NCBI GenBank assembly: GCA_016190895.1
Contig: JACPPR010000030.1
Location: forward strand, 241-64,240
DNA from: Chloroflexota bacterium
GTDB lineage: Bacteria; Chloroflexota; Dehalococcoidia; Dehalococcoidales; UBA2162
Direction: 5' to 3'
DNA: 64,000 nt
The notes under the pieces were generated by a model. It was given only the letters and a program-made list of their open reading frames with translations. It made no database searches and was not told where the DNA came from. Below are positions 1-9,487 of this stretch, piece after piece. Made by a program: the position numbers and the translations under genes. Position 1 is the first letter of the stretch. Every line of letters starts with the position of its first letter.

Positions 1-530
1 ACTCCCGGGCTGGCTATCAGGCAGTGAATCACCCGTAGCTCGGTCTCGCCGCACACCTTCAACTTTGAGTCCAGCAGCAGGTCGTACGAGCGGCTGATAC
101 TGCCCTCCAGCGAATTCTCGATAGGCACGATGCCGGTGCTGGCTTCGCCCTGCTCGACAGCCCGGAAAACATCATCCAGGCTTTCACAGGGTTTGACCTG
201 GATGGCGGGGCCGAAATATTGGAAGGCGGCCTCTTCACTGTAGGCGCCGCGTTCCCCCTGGAAAGCGACTATCGTGCCTTCCGCGCTCTTGGCCAGGCTG
301 ATTATTTGCCGGTAGATTTTCTCTACGGCGTCCTGGCTGATGCCTTCTTCCTGAGCGATTTCACGGACGTGTTTCAGGACGGCCTGCTCGCGGGCGCCGT
401 CCTCGATTGGCTTGCCCTGCTTGTGCTTTTCCTCCCCGATTTCCTGGGCGATTTTGACTCGCTCGGCAATTGCCCTGACAATCTCGTGGTCGACATCGTC
501 TATTTTTCCGCGTAGTTCCTCCAGGCTCAT
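1..530 (-). CDS. pheA: Chorismate mutase / prephenate dehydratase (P-protein), N-terminal part; gene continues past window start
   Basis: Not in the ORF track because no stop lies inside the window. Manual minus-strand translation from ATG 530-528 gives [36 protein letters not shown]... (chorismate mutase helix), then ...[23 protein letters not shown] (prephenate dehydratase start). ATGA overlap with the aroC stop. The + ORF 219-515 is its antisense shadow. Confidence 0.8.
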   Translation of the reverse strand, partial: MSLEELRGKIDDVDHEIVRAIAERVKIAQEIGEEKHKQGKPIEDGAREQAVLKHVREIAQEEGISQDAVEKIYRQIISLAKSAEGTIVAFQGERGAYSEEAAFQYFGPAIQVKPCESLDDVFRAVEQGEASTGIVPIENSLEGSISRSYDLLLDSKLKVCGETELRVIHCLIASPG

Positions 531-1618
531 CTTATCACCTCCGGAATCAGTCCTGCCCTCATGGCGAAATCGCACAGGGTGACAGCCATCATCGCTTCCA
601 CCACGGGCACGGCTCGGGGTACGATGCAGGCATCGTGTCTGCCCTTAACTTCGAGGCTGGCGTTTTGCGTGCTTCTCAGGTCAACCGTCTCCTGTTTGCT
701 GGCGATGGAGGGGGTCGGCTTGACGGCAACTCTGAGCGTTAGAGGCATGCCATTGCTGATTCCGCCGAGGATGCCGCCGGAATTATTGGTGGCGGTCACT
801 ATTTTGCCATCCCTGACGGTGAACGGGTCGTTATTTTCTGAGCCTTTCTTGCTCGCGGCTGAGAACCCCGCCCCGAACTCCACCCCTTTAACCGCCGGCA
901 CAGCGAAGAGGGCTTTGGCTAAATCCCCTTCGAGCGTGTCCATTACAGGCTCCCCCAGCCCGGCAGGTATGTTGAGGGCGAAGCCTTCGATAACGCCGCC
1001 GAGGCTATCGCTCGACTCTCTGGCTTGCTCGATTAGCCTTAGCATCTCTTTGGCAGCTTCAGGGTCGGCGCACTTCAGCGGGTCTTTTTCGACATTTTTC
1101 CAGATTTCATCAAGCTCTTTCGACTGTGCCCTGACCCCGCCGATTTCAATGGTGTGGGCAAGAATTTCAACGCCGATGTGTTTGAGAAGTTGTTTGGCCA
1201 CCGCTCCCGCCATCACGAATGTAGCCGTAATTCTGCCGGAGAATCTGCCCCCGCCCCGGAAATCGTTGAAGCCGCCGTACTTGACGAAGGCGGTGTAATC
1301 CGCGTGCCCCGGCCTCGGTATGAAGCGGATGCGCTCGTAGGCGCTGGAATCGGCGTCCCGGTTCCAGGTCAAGAGGCAGACGGGCGCGCCGGTGGTGCGG
1401 CCGTTGAAAATGCCGGAGAGAATTTCCACCTTGTCTTCTTCGGCGCGGGTGGTCGATGCCACGCTGCCTCCCGGTCTACGCTTATCAACCTCTTTCTGGA
1501 TATCTTCGAGCGTGATGGGCAATCCGGCCGGGCAGCCATCGATAACCACGCCGACGCACCGCCCGTGGCTCTCCCCGAAGCTTGTCATCGTGAACAGTTT
1601 TCCTAGGCTATTTGCCAT
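527..1618 (-). CDS. aroC: Chorismate synthase
   Basis: 363-aa ORF with [28 protein letters not shown] and GGGRFSGR motifs; operon context. Confidence 0.95.
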   Translation of the reverse strand: MANSLGKLFTMTSFGESHGRCVGVVIDGCPAGLPITLEDIQKEVDKRRPGGSVASTTRAEEDKVEILSGIFNGRTTGAPVCLLTWNRDADSSAYERIRFIPRPGHADYTAFVKYGGFNDFRGGGRFSGRITATFVMAGAVAKQLLKHIGVEILAHTIEIGGVRAQSKELDEIWKNVEKDPLKCADPEAAKEMLRLIEQARESSDSLGGVIEGFALNIPAGLGEPVMDTLEGDLAKALFAVPAVKGVEFGAGFSAASKKGSENNDPFTVRDGKIVTATNNSGGILGGISNGMPLTLRVAVKPTPSIASKQETVDLRSTQNASLEVKGRHDACIVPRAVPVVEAMMAVTLCDFAMRAGLIPEVIR

Positions 1619-2870
1619 CTAACTTCACCTCCCCGCCGATGCTTTTCAGGGTACCCCAGTATTCCGGATAGGTCTTCGAAACACATTCGGCGTCTTGAAT
1701 TACGGTGCCGCCTGTCACCACGCCCAGCAGGCTAAAAGCCATAGCGATGCGGTGGTCGCCGCGCGTGTCAATTTCGGCGCCTTTTACGCGCGAACCTGTT
1801 ATGGTCAATTTGTTTTCTTCTTCTACGACCTTGATGCCCATTTTTGTCAGGCCTTCGGCAAGGGCGGAGGGGCGGTCGGATTCTTTGATGCGTGCCCGGG
1901 CGATGCCGGTGAGTTCGCTCGTTCCTTCCGCCGCCGCGGCCAGGACAGCTACCGTCGGCAGCAGGTCAGTGCAATCGGTCAGGTCGGCTTTGAGCGCCTT
2001 GAGTTTCGACTTATGGACTATGACCGAGTCATTCTTGATTATAATGTCAGCCCCCATATCTCTCAGGAAATCGGCGATTGCCTTGTCTCCCTGCAGACTG
2101 GCGGGGTTCAGGTTGGTTACCTCTATTTCGCCGCCCAGCGCCCCCGCCGCCAGCAGGTAGGAGGCTGAAGACCAATCGCCTTCGACAAGATACTTCGCCG
2201 GCTTGTAGCTTTGTTTCTTAATCTTATATTCGCGGAAATCAGGGGAAGCCTCGACTTTGATGCCGAACTTCTCTAGGCTCTCGATTGTCATCTGGACGTA
2301 AGGCTGTGATTCTAGGTGGGTGGTCAGCCTGATGGTCATACTCTCTTCGGCAAAGGGCGAGATGAGCAGCAACGCGGAGACGTACTGGGAGCTGATGTTG
2401 CCAGGCAATTCTGTAGTGCCCCCCCTCAGCCTCCCGCCCCGGACCACGATGGTCTTATCTGCTTCCTGTTTACAATCGATGCCCAGTTGCTGCATTGCCT
2501 GGATGAGCGGGTCGATGGGCCGGCGGGCGAGGGAGGGGGCGGCGGTGAGGTGACAGCGCCCCGGGATGAGCGCGCAGATGGCGGTCATAAACCTGAGCGT
2601 CACGGCGGATTCGCGGCAGAAGAGGTCACCCGAAGGCGCATTGAAATTGCCCCCGCCCACCCGCCAGCCATCTTCGTCTTCGGTGACGCTGACGCCAATC
2701 TTGCCCAACACATCCCTGGCGGCTTCGGTGTCATCTGAGCCGAGGGGATTAACTATCCGGCTTTCGCCCTTAGCCAGGGCGGCGCAAAGCACCCCGCGAA
2801 GCGTGTAGCTTTTGGAGGGCGGGGCGCTTACCCTGCCTTTTATGTCACTTTTTGAAATCGAAGCTTTCAT
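1608..2870 (-). CDS. aroA: 3-phosphoshikimate 1-carboxyvinyltransferase (EPSP synthase)
   Basis: 420-aa ORF with [32 protein letters not shown] and GDHRIAMAF; 11-nt overlap with aroC. Confidence 0.95.
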   Translation of the reverse strand: MKASISKSDIKGRVSAPPSKSYTLRGVLCAALAKGESRIVNPLGSDDTEAARDVLGKIGVSVTEDEDGWRVGGGNFNAPSGDLFCRESAVTLRFMTAICALIPGRCHLTAAPSLARRPIDPLIQAMQQLGIDCKQEADKTIVVRGGRLRGGTTELPGNISSQYVSALLLISPFAEESMTIRLTTHLESQPYVQMTIESLEKFGIKVEASPDFREYKIKKQSYKPAKYLVEGDWSSASYLLAAGALGGEIEVTNLNPASLQGDKAIADFLRDMGADIIIKNDSVIVHKSKLKALKADLTDCTDLLPTVAVLAAAAEGTSELTGIARARIKESDRPSALAEGLTKMGIKVVEEENKLTITGSRVKGAEIDTRGDHRIAMAFSLLGVVTGGTVIQDAECVSKTYPEYWGTLKSIGGEVKLDGK

Positions 2871-3402
2871 TCTCTTTCAGCCCGGCTATTATTTCTTCAA
2901 CCACGCCCTCGATGTCCAGTTTCGAGGTGTTAATCATAATATCTGCGGAGCGCTCGTAATATGGTTTCCTGAATTGTAGCATATCTTTGATTGTTTGCAG
3001 CGGGTCTTTCACATCGAGCAGCGGACGCTGCCCCTGCTGAAGCGCCGTCCGCTTCAGGATTGTTTGCGCCGAGGCCGTCAGGCAGACTATCACGCCGCGC
3101 TCTCTGAGGCGGTCGATGTTTATCTTGTTAAGAACAACGCCTCCGCCGCAGGCAATCACGGCGTTCTTTTCCATAGCGATTTGCCTCACGGCTTCTATTT
3201 CAAGCTCCCTGAAGGCTATCTCGCCGTCCTCACGGAAAACTTCAGGTATCTTCTTGCCGGCGAGCTGCTCGATAAGCCAGTCCACCTCGAAGAACCGCAT
3301 ATCCAGTTTCTCAGCCAGCCGCCTGCCGACGGCCGTCTTGCCGGTGCCCATGTAGCCTATGAGGGCGATGTTGGTTTTCAATCTGAAATCCCTCTCATCC
3401 AT
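2845..3402 (-). CDS. aroK: Shikimate kinase
   Basis: The track ORF 2845-3564 is inflated at its N-terminus by read-through of an intergenic repeat. Start placed at ATG 3402 (MDERDFRLKTNIALIGYMGTGKTAVGRRLA, Walker A). Overlaps the aroA start by 26 nt. Confidence 0.88.
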   Translation of the reverse strand: MDERDFRLKTNIALIGYMGTGKTAVGRRLAEKLDMRFFEVDWLIEQLAGKKIPEVFREDGEIAFRELEIEAVRQIAMEKNAVIACGGGVVLNKINIDRLRERGVIVCLTASAQTILKRTALQQGQRPLLDVKDPLQTIKDMLQFRKPYYERSADIMINTSKLDIEGVVEEIIAGLKENESFDFKK

Positions 3403-3410
3403 ATCCAGGG

Positions 3411-3491
3411 AAAATCCCTCTGTATCTCTCTTTACGAAAGGGAGAGGCCGGGGCTCTCCCCCTTTGTCAAAGGGGGATAAAAGGGGGATTT
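3411..3491. mobile_element. MITE-like repeat family 1 (TIR AAATCCCYC / GRGGGATTT, internal CCCTTTnnnAAAGGG hairpins), copy a
   Basis: Fills the aroE-aroK spacer. Hairpins at 3427-47 and 3456-78. Confidence 0.8.
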
Positions 3492-3494
3492 GGT

Positions 3495-4358
3495 TTAGGA
3501 ATCTCCCAGAAGCTTTAATGCCTCCGCCTTCATCAACTCCACCGGCGCTTTCTGTCCGGTCCACTTTTCAAAAGCCAAAGCTCCCTGCCAGACGAGCATA
3601 TCGAGGCCGCTGATGGTCTTGCAGCCGGCGGCTTCTGCTTCCCGCAAGAGCCTGGTCTTGACCGGATTATAGACAATGTCATAGACGACTAGCCCCGGTT
3701 TCAGCAACTCGGCGGGCACCGGCGTTTCATCAGATTTCGGACTCATGCCAACCGGTGTGGCGTTGACCAGAATTTCGGTTTTCGCCAAAGTTTTCGCGAG
3801 GTTCCCCGGCGAAAGCTCTAAAGCGGCTACTGAGCTACCGAAAGTCTGCGAAATCCGGTCGGCTAAGTCCTTCGCCCTGTCTTGCTGGCGGTTAAGGATT
3901 ATCAGATTAGCTCCGCGCTCAGCCAGGATGAACGATATGCCTCTCGACGCCCCACCCGCCCCCACCAGCGCGACATTGTTCCCCTTCGGCTCGATGCCAG
4001 ATTCCAGCAACGGCTGGAGAAAGCCGGTGGCGTCTGTATTGTAGCCGGTCAAGACTCCATCATCATTGACGATGGTGTTGGCCGCGCCGATTTTCTCAGC
4101 CAGTGGGTCGAGCCTGTTCAGCAGCTTCATAACAGCCACCTTGTGCGGGATGGTGACATTCAGCCCCCTCATATTCAAAGCCCGCATTCCGGCAATGGCC
4201 TTATCAAGCTCTGTTCCTTTTACCCTGAAGGAGACGTAGACATAGTCCAGCCCGAGCTTCGCGAAGGCGGCGTTGTGCATCGCCGGGGACATCGTGTGCT
4301 CGACCGGGTCGCCGATGAGGCCACAGACCCTCGTTTTACCTGAGATGTTGGTTGTCAT
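3495..4358 (-). CDS. aroE: Shikimate dehydrogenase
   Basis: 287 aa with GLIGDPVEHTMSPAMHNAAF, GYNTDATGF and VGAGGASRG. Confidence 0.93.
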   Translation of the reverse strand: MTTNISGKTRVCGLIGDPVEHTMSPAMHNAAFAKLGLDYVYVSFRVKGTELDKAIAGMRALNMRGLNVTIPHKVAVMKLLNRLDPLAEKIGAANTIVNDDGVLTGYNTDATGFLQPLLESGIEPKGNNVALVGAGGASRGISFILAERGANLIILNRQQDRAKDLADRISQTFGSSVAALELSPGNLAKTLAKTEILVNATPVGMSPKSDETPVPAELLKPGLVVYDIVYNPVKTRLLREAEAAGCKTISGLDMLVWQGALAFEKWTGQKAPVELMKAEALKLLGDS

Positions 4359-5092
4359 TTTCTAACCTTGTCTATAATCGCGATATATTGGGAATCGTTA
4401 TGGTCAATGTATCTACCGACCTGCCATCCCGTCCCATCGAGAATATTTTCCATTTCCTTTTTTGAGACCATAAGGTAGTCGAACCACGGTCCGATATATT
4501 GCTTGTACCTCACTCTAATTCTTATTTGTCCGGACATCCGGCCTTTCCTCCGGTTCGATTCCTGGTAGGCCAGGTGTTCGGGGTTTTCCGTCCGGTAAAC
4601 GTCACGGCTCGAAGTGATTATTCTCCCGTTCTTGGAGGTTATCTTATCGAGTTTCTTTAGCAGCCGTTTTGCGCCCTCGAAACTACCGAACAGCCCGAAG
4701 TTATTGCCCATCATGAGAACTGTATCAAAAATGCCCATCCTGGAGCTTATCTGACTTATAGGTATTATCCTGGCGTCTTTCACTCCCCTCAGTTTACAGA
4801 CCTCGATTGCCAGAGGGGAATTATCTATCGCTGTAACCTCCAGTCCTTTCTCCTGAAGATAGAGAGAACATCTGCCGGCACCTGAGCCTATGTCCAGGGC
4901 TCTACCCCGAGCATATCTCATCGCTTTTCTCTCAGAAGGCACCCAGCCTTTGTATTCGCTAAAGTATGCTTTGGGCCCGCCCGATGTATCAATGTATCTA
5001 TCATCTTTTTCGATGATTTCCGCAGTATCTATCCGTCCTCTAAAATAATCATATACTCCATGCCCAAAGGCATCCTGTTGGTTTGTTAACAT
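4355..5092 (-). CDS. Class I SAM-dependent methyltransferase (substrate unknown) embedded in the shikimate operon
   Basis: 245 aa; motif I ALDIGSGAGR, post-I EVTAIDNS; 4-nt overlap with the aroE start; visibly AT-richer than flanking genes. Confidence 0.75.
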   Translation of the reverse strand: MLTNQQDAFGHGVYDYFRGRIDTAEIIEKDDRYIDTSGGPKAYFSEYKGWVPSERKAMRYARGRALDIGSGAGRCSLYLQEKGLEVTAIDNSPLAIEVCKLRGVKDARIIPISQISSRMGIFDTVLMMGNNFGLFGSFEGAKRLLKKLDKITSKNGRIITSSRDVYRTENPEHLAYQESNRRKGRMSGQIRIRVRYKQYIGPWFDYLMVSKKEMENILDGTGWQVGRYIDHNDSQYIAIIDKVRK

Positions 5093-5135
5093 CTTTTGTC
5101 TCCAAGTTGAAGTCGTTTTCCGCCATTACTGATAG

Positions 5136-5792
5136 TCACGGCGATATCATCCCGTATATTTCTGTCAGTTCTTTTACCGTTATCTGCCCAGGGGCGGATT
5201 CTTTGCCACGCTCGATGGAGGCGTAGGTGAAGTCGGCGCCGGCGAGCGGGCTGAGCACACGGCTGATTCGCCCCTCCTGCCCCATAGCGAAAGAGACTAT
5301 CTTGTTCTCCCGAAACTCGGAGACCAAACGAAGCACCGCCAGGTTATCTTCGAATGCTCTGGCCGTGGTAACTACTTTACAGATATCGGCACCGGCTTTT
5401 AGCTGCTTCTGGACTATCCCCTTCAGTTCTTCGAAGGGCGGCGTTTTCTCCAGGTCGTGGAAGGAAAGGATGCACTTTGCCCGCTTCTTGACCATCGGGA
5501 CGATATTTTCGAGGTTCTTTGTCCTGAGTTCGATATCCACGAACGCGGCCCCAAGCTCGATAGCCAGCAGCAGCGACTCGATGCGCCGTGCTTCGGTGCC
5601 CTGCCATTTACCCCCCTCATCGGGTGTCCGGTTGGTGGCAATCCAGGGCTTCTTCAGTTGCCTGGCCAGCTCTTGCCAGCCGTCGCCAATCATGTCTATT
5701 CGGACCTCGAAGAGGTCGGCTAGAGGCTCGACCTCCTTGACGGCCTTAAGGTCGGTATTGACTATAGCGGCGCAGATTCTTGGTTTATCCAC
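5136..5792 (-). CDS. aroD: 3-dehydroquinate dehydratase, type I
   Basis: 218 aa with FEVRIDM, ILSFHD and VSFAMG context; 8-nt overlap with the aroB stop. Confidence 0.88.
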   Translation of the reverse strand: MDKPRICAAIVNTDLKAVKEVEPLADLFEVRIDMIGDGWQELARQLKKPWIATNRTPDEGGKWQGTEARRIESLLLAIELGAAFVDIELRTKNLENIVPMVKKRAKCILSFHDLEKTPPFEELKGIVQKQLKAGADICKVVTTARAFEDNLAVLRLVSEFRENKIVSFAMGQEGRISRVLSPLAGADFTYASIERGKESAPGQITVKELTEIYGMISP

Positions 5793-6891
5793 TCGTGGTG
5801 ACCTCAGTGGAACCCTTCCAGTCCCTCAGAACCTCTTCTACCAGAGACGGATTTACTTCGTCAGTAATGAGTACCTCACCTATCTTTTTCGGCAGGACGA
5901 ACTTTATCTTGCCCGCGACAATCTTCTTATCGTGCTGCATTGCCTGCATCAGCGCTTTTGCGGGCAGGGAGGGGATGTGGGTGGGCAGGCCGGCGGCGGC
6001 GATGACTGTTTCTAGTCGGTCTAGCTCTTTTGTGCTTAGCTTGCCCAGCCGGTTCGAGATATCTGCCTCAGCCAGCATACCGATGGCAACCGCCTCACCG
6101 TGCCAAATTTTTAGCCCCGAGACCGATTCAATGGCGTGCCCGACAGTATGGCCGTAGTTCAGGATATTTCTCAGCCCGAGGTCAAGCTCGTCTTTCTCCA
6201 CCACTCCGGCTTTGATTGCCGCCGAGCGGGCGACAACTTTTTCCAGCACAGGCTCATCGAGCGCTCGTATTTTAGCCAGGTTCTTCTCAAGATAGCTGAA
6301 AAACTCGCCATCCAGGATTACCCCATGTTTGATTATCTCGGATAGTCCGTCGCTAAGCTCCCGTTTAGACAGGGTTTTCAGGGTGCTGACATCGGAGATG
6401 GTCAGGCGCGGGTGATAGAAAGCCCCGACCATATTCTTCAGCTTGCCGTGATTCACGGCTGTTTTCCCGCCGATGCTGCTGTCCCCCTGTGAGAGCAGGG
6501 TGGTCGGTATTTGTATCAAGGGCACCCCCCGCATATAGGTAGCGGCGACAAAGCCGGTGAGGTCGCCGATGACCCCGCCCCCCAGCGCGAGAATAGGCGT
6601 GTTCCTTTCGGCAAAGAAGTCGGTCAGCTGGTAGTAGAGCCGGCCCGCCGTCTCCAGTGATTTCTGCTCTTCCCCCGGAGGAACATCGATAAGGAGCGCC
6701 TCGAAGCCGCTATCAGTAAGGCTCTGCTTAAGAGCATCGCCGTAGAGTGTCTTCACTCTGGAATCGGTGATGATAACCGCTTTGCCGGTGAAGCCCAGTT
6801 CTCGCAATCGGGCGCCGGTCTGGGACAGCAAACCCGACCCGATAATGATATCGTAGCTATTACGGCTGAGTTTTACAGAGACTTTTTCCAT
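5785..6891 (-). CDS. aroB: 3-dehydroquinate synthase
   Basis: 368 aa with GGGVIGDLTGFVAATYMRGVPLIQIPTT and NYGHTVGHAIE. Confidence 0.94.
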   Translation of the reverse strand: MEKVSVKLSRNSYDIIIGSGLLSQTGARLRELGFTGKAVIITDSRVKTLYGDALKQSLTDSGFEALLIDVPPGEEQKSLETAGRLYYQLTDFFAERNTPILALGGGVIGDLTGFVAATYMRGVPLIQIPTTLLSQGDSSIGGKTAVNHGKLKNMVGAFYHPRLTISDVSTLKTLSKRELSDGLSEIIKHGVILDGEFFSYLEKNLAKIRALDEPVLEKVVARSAAIKAGVVEKDELDLGLRNILNYGHTVGHAIESVSGLKIWHGEAVAIGMLAEADISNRLGKLSTKELDRLETVIAAAGLPTHIPSLPAKALMQAMQHDKKIVAGKIKFVLPKKIGEVLITDEVNPSLVEEVLRDWKGSTEVTTSG

Positions 6892-6932
6892 CCGATTTTA
6901 CCCTGCGTCCATATTATATACTATTCAGCCCT

Positions 6933-6963
6933 AAACGAAAGAACCCTCCGTCTGGGAGGGTTC
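6933..6963 (-). terminator. Intrinsic terminator (attenuator) between the aro leader peptide and aroB
   Basis: Minus strand: GAACCCTCC-cagac-GGAGGGTTC followed by TTTCGTTT; 41 nt upstream of the aroB ATG. Confidence 0.55.
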
Positions 6964-6992
6964 TTTAACTTTTTCAAATCACTGGCTGTCCT

Positions 6993-7082
6993 TTAGCTCA
7001 AAACCTCCCCCGCGGCACATAGCAGTGCCGTAAACGAGAAATAGGTAGTATACATTTTGGGGGCGGCAATTTGAGCTAACAT
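6993..7082 (-). CDS. Candidate aromatic (Tyr/Phe-rich) leader peptide of the aro operon
   Basis: Below the ORF-track size cutoff; read manually. SD AAGGAA lies 6 nt before the ATG. Product is 29 aa, MLAQIAAPKMYTTYFSFTALLCAAGEVLS, with 2 Tyr + 2 Phe codons within 7 codons. It is embedded in alternative-pairing segments upstream of a terminator. Confidence 0.45.
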   Translation of the reverse strand: MLAQIAAPKMYTTYFSFTALLCAAGEVLS

Positions 7083-7105
7083 GGCATTTCCTTAATGTTA
7101 CGTTT

Positions 7106-7134
7106 AATCTAACATAACGCTCTGGCCTTGTCAA
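7106..7134 (-). promoter_or_regulatory. Sigma70-like promoter for the aro leader/operon
   Basis: Minus strand: TTGACA (7134-7129), 17-nt spacer ending in TGT, then TAGATT (7111-7106). Confidence 0.5.
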
Positions 7135-7349
7135 ACCACGCGGAGGCAACTTCTCCATAGTAATAAATTAGGTAGGTTTACGTATTTTGTTATGGGTTCA
7201 AACGCCATAAGATTGGATTATCTCCCTTTCGGCCAAAGTTTACACTGACCCTGAACTTGGGGAAGGGGAACGTGCTCAGGGCAAGCCCTTTCTTTGCAGC
7301 GTAAGTCCGCTGGTAGGGGGAAATAGTACTGAAGAAGGAGGAAACAAAG

Positions 7350-7796
7350 ATGGCCCCACAAGTTTCAGAAATCAGCATTGTTGTTATGGTGCGAGAGTTT
7401 GTGGCCGCATGGAACAAACATGACCTGGAGGCCTTGGCCGATTTTTACTCGGAAAAAATTGTGCGAGAAGGTCGGCATGCCCGGCTGGAGGGGAAAGACG
7501 CATTGAAAAAGTCCTGGGAGCGGGTGCTGCGCGCCTTTCCCGACCTATCTGTCGATTACAGCCATCAATTCGCGGTCGGTACTCACGGGGTGCTTGAGTG
7601 GGTTATGCGGGGTACACATACTGGCACGTATGAGGCGTATACAGGCAATATTTTGCCAACCGGAAAACGGGTAGAGTGGACAGGAGTATCTATCTGGGAG
7701 ACGGACAAGCACGGACTCATAATCCGGGAGCGAATTTACCCGGATACGGCCGGTCTTCTAGAGCAACTGGGTGTCTTGAAGAAAGCGGGCGCTTAG
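7350..7796 (+). CDS. SnoaL-like / ester cyclase family protein
   Basis: 148 aa with FVAAWNKHDLEALADFYS and PTGKRVEWTGVSIWE; strong SD GAAGGAGG upstream. Confidence 0.7.
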   Translation: MAPQVSEISIVVMVREFVAAWNKHDLEALADFYSEKIVREGRHARLEGKDALKKSWERVLRAFPDLSVDYSHQFAVGTHGVLEWVMRGTHTGTYEAYTGNILPTGKRVEWTGVSIWETDKHGLIIRERIYPDTAGLLEQLGVLKKAGA

Positions 7797-7974
7797 GTTA
7801 CGGGCCGCATCCGAGTCGTGTTGCGAGCAATAGATTCAAGATGCATACTCAGCCCATAACCGGTCTTCCATTACCTGACCTCGTGCCCTAGCGCATTTTC
7901 AGACTTGTTCCAAGCGCCGTAGCGGACCTTAACATGCATTTGTTTCCGCTGGTGTCCATTGGAGGTAAAGAGAT

Positions 7975-9441
7975 ATGGCTATAGTCCGCGCTCTCGAAAA
8001 ACTCGAAAAAATCTCTGATACGATATGGGAATTGCCTGTCACCTATAAAGAGGGCATGAGGGTGCCAGCCCGAATCTTCGGCACCGAGCGGTTGATTCGG
8101 GAAATGGACGAGGCGGTCTACGACCAGGTTTCGAACGTAGCTACTCTGCCAGGCATAATAAAATACGCAATGTGCATGCCGGACGGACACTCCGGTTATG
8201 GGTTTCCCATAGGTGGAGTGGCCGCCATGGACTTGAAGACCGGCGTTATCTCTCCCGGAGGTATCGGCTTCGATATCAATTGCGGTATGCGCCTGGTGAC
8301 TACCAACCTGACCTGGGACGATGTGAAGCCTCATTTGACCCGCCTTGTCGACCGGCTTTACCAGCGGGTGCCGGCCGGAGTCGGCAGCACCGGATTCTTG
8401 AAGCTAGCTCCAGCCGAATTTCGTACCATTCTGGAAGAGGGCGCCGGCTGGTGCGTGCGTAGCGGATATGGTTGGGAGGAGGACCTGGAATTAACCGAGG
8501 AAAATGGATGTATCAAGGGGGCGGATGCTTCAGCTGTAAGTCAACAGGCGATTTCCCGAGGCATAAACCAGATTGGGACACTGGGTTCCGGCAATCACTA
8601 TCTGGAAATACAGGTGGCTAATCCGGAGAACATATTCGATAGAGAAATAGCCAGGGCGTTCGGCATCACCATCCCCAACCAGGTAGTTGTGATGTTTCAC
8701 TGCGGCAGCCGCGGATTCGGCCATCAGGTGGCGTCCGATAATCTGCTGGTGTTCCTCAAAGTGATGGAAAGCAAATACGGCATCAAAATCCTAGACCGGG
8801 AACTGGCCAGCGCCCCCTTTGATTCGCCTGAAGGCAAGAAATACTTTGCGGCTATGAAATGCGCTCTGAATATGTCCTTCGCCAACCGCCAGGTCATATT
8901 GCACCGCATCCGGGAGGCTTTTTCGGAGGTCTTCGGCCGTTCGGCGGAAGATATTGGTATGCATATGGTCTATGACGTAGCCCATAATACCGCCAAGCTG
9001 GAACATCATCTAGTAGACGGTAAAGAACGGGAACTGCTCGTCCACCGTAAAGGGGCGACCCGGGCTTTCGGTCCCGGCCTACCCGGATTGCCGGCACGGT
9101 ATCAGCACATCGGTCAGCCTGTAATAATCGGCGGGAGCATGGAGACCGGCTCATACCTGCTGGTGGGGATACCCAGCGGCGCCCAGAGCTTCTTCAGCAC
9201 CTCCCACGGCAGCGGCAGGACGATGAGCCGGACTAAAGCCCGTAAGCTTTGGTTCGGCCAGACACTGCAGAAAGACATGGAAGCGCGGGGCATCTACGTG
9301 CGGACCGCTTCATGGCCGGGATTGGCCGAAGAGGCAGGCGGGGCTTACAAAAGCATCGATGAAGTCGTGGAAGCCACTGAGTTGGCCGGCCTCAGCCGCC
9401 GGGTGGTGCGATTTACGCCTGTGGGGAATATCAAAGGGTAG
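7975..9441 (+). CDS. rtcB: RNA 3'-phosphate ligase RtcB
   Basis: 488 aa with PDGHSGYGFPIGGV, GSGNHYLE and HCGSRGFGHQ. Confidence 0.95.
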   Translation: MAIVRALEKLEKISDTIWELPVTYKEGMRVPARIFGTERLIREMDEAVYDQVSNVATLPGIIKYAMCMPDGHSGYGFPIGGVAAMDLKTGVISPGGIGFDINCGMRLVTTNLTWDDVKPHLTRLVDRLYQRVPAGVGSTGFLKLAPAEFRTILEEGAGWCVRSGYGWEEDLELTEENGCIKGADASAVSQQAISRGINQIGTLGSGNHYLEIQVANPENIFDREIARAFGITIPNQVVVMFHCGSRGFGHQVASDNLLVFLKVMESKYGIKILDRELASAPFDSPEGKKYFAAMKCALNMSFANRQVILHRIREAFSEVFGRSAEDIGMHMVYDVAHNTAKLEHHLVDGKERELLVHRKGATRAFGPGLPGLPARYQHIGQPVIIGGSMETGSYLLVGIPSGAQSFFSTSHGSGRTMSRTKARKLWFGQTLQKDMEARGIYVRTASWPGLAEEAGGAYKSIDEVVEATELAGLSRRVVRFTPVGNIKG

Positions 9442-9487
9442 CCAAAGCGAGCTGTAGAAAGTGCTCGCCGTTCCTGGAGTGTGCGCC

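Noticed and set aside
219-515. 98-aa + strand ORF at the window start
   Set aside because: It lies exactly antisense to the well-supported pheA N-terminal coding region and has no recognisable motifs. It is a GC-rich shadow ORF.
3403-3564. N-terminal extension of the aroK track ORF (and similar extensions of frr to 28934, pyrH to 29599, rpsB to 30937, ispG to 23910)
   Set aside because: The extensions translate intergenic repeat elements or lack an SD. Internal starts give canonical N-termini with an SD.
6913-6918. TATAAT (minus strand) 22 nt upstream of aroB as the operon promoter
   Set aside because: It has no acceptable -35. It lies downstream of a terminator that is itself preceded by a much better promoter (7134-7106) and a leader sORF. 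I keep it only as a possible secondary promoter.
7190-7417. 75-aa minus-strand ORF in the aro/SnoaL intergenic region
   Set aside because: It overlaps the SnoaL-like gene start and SD, lies upstream of the predicted aro promoter, and has no SD or motifs.
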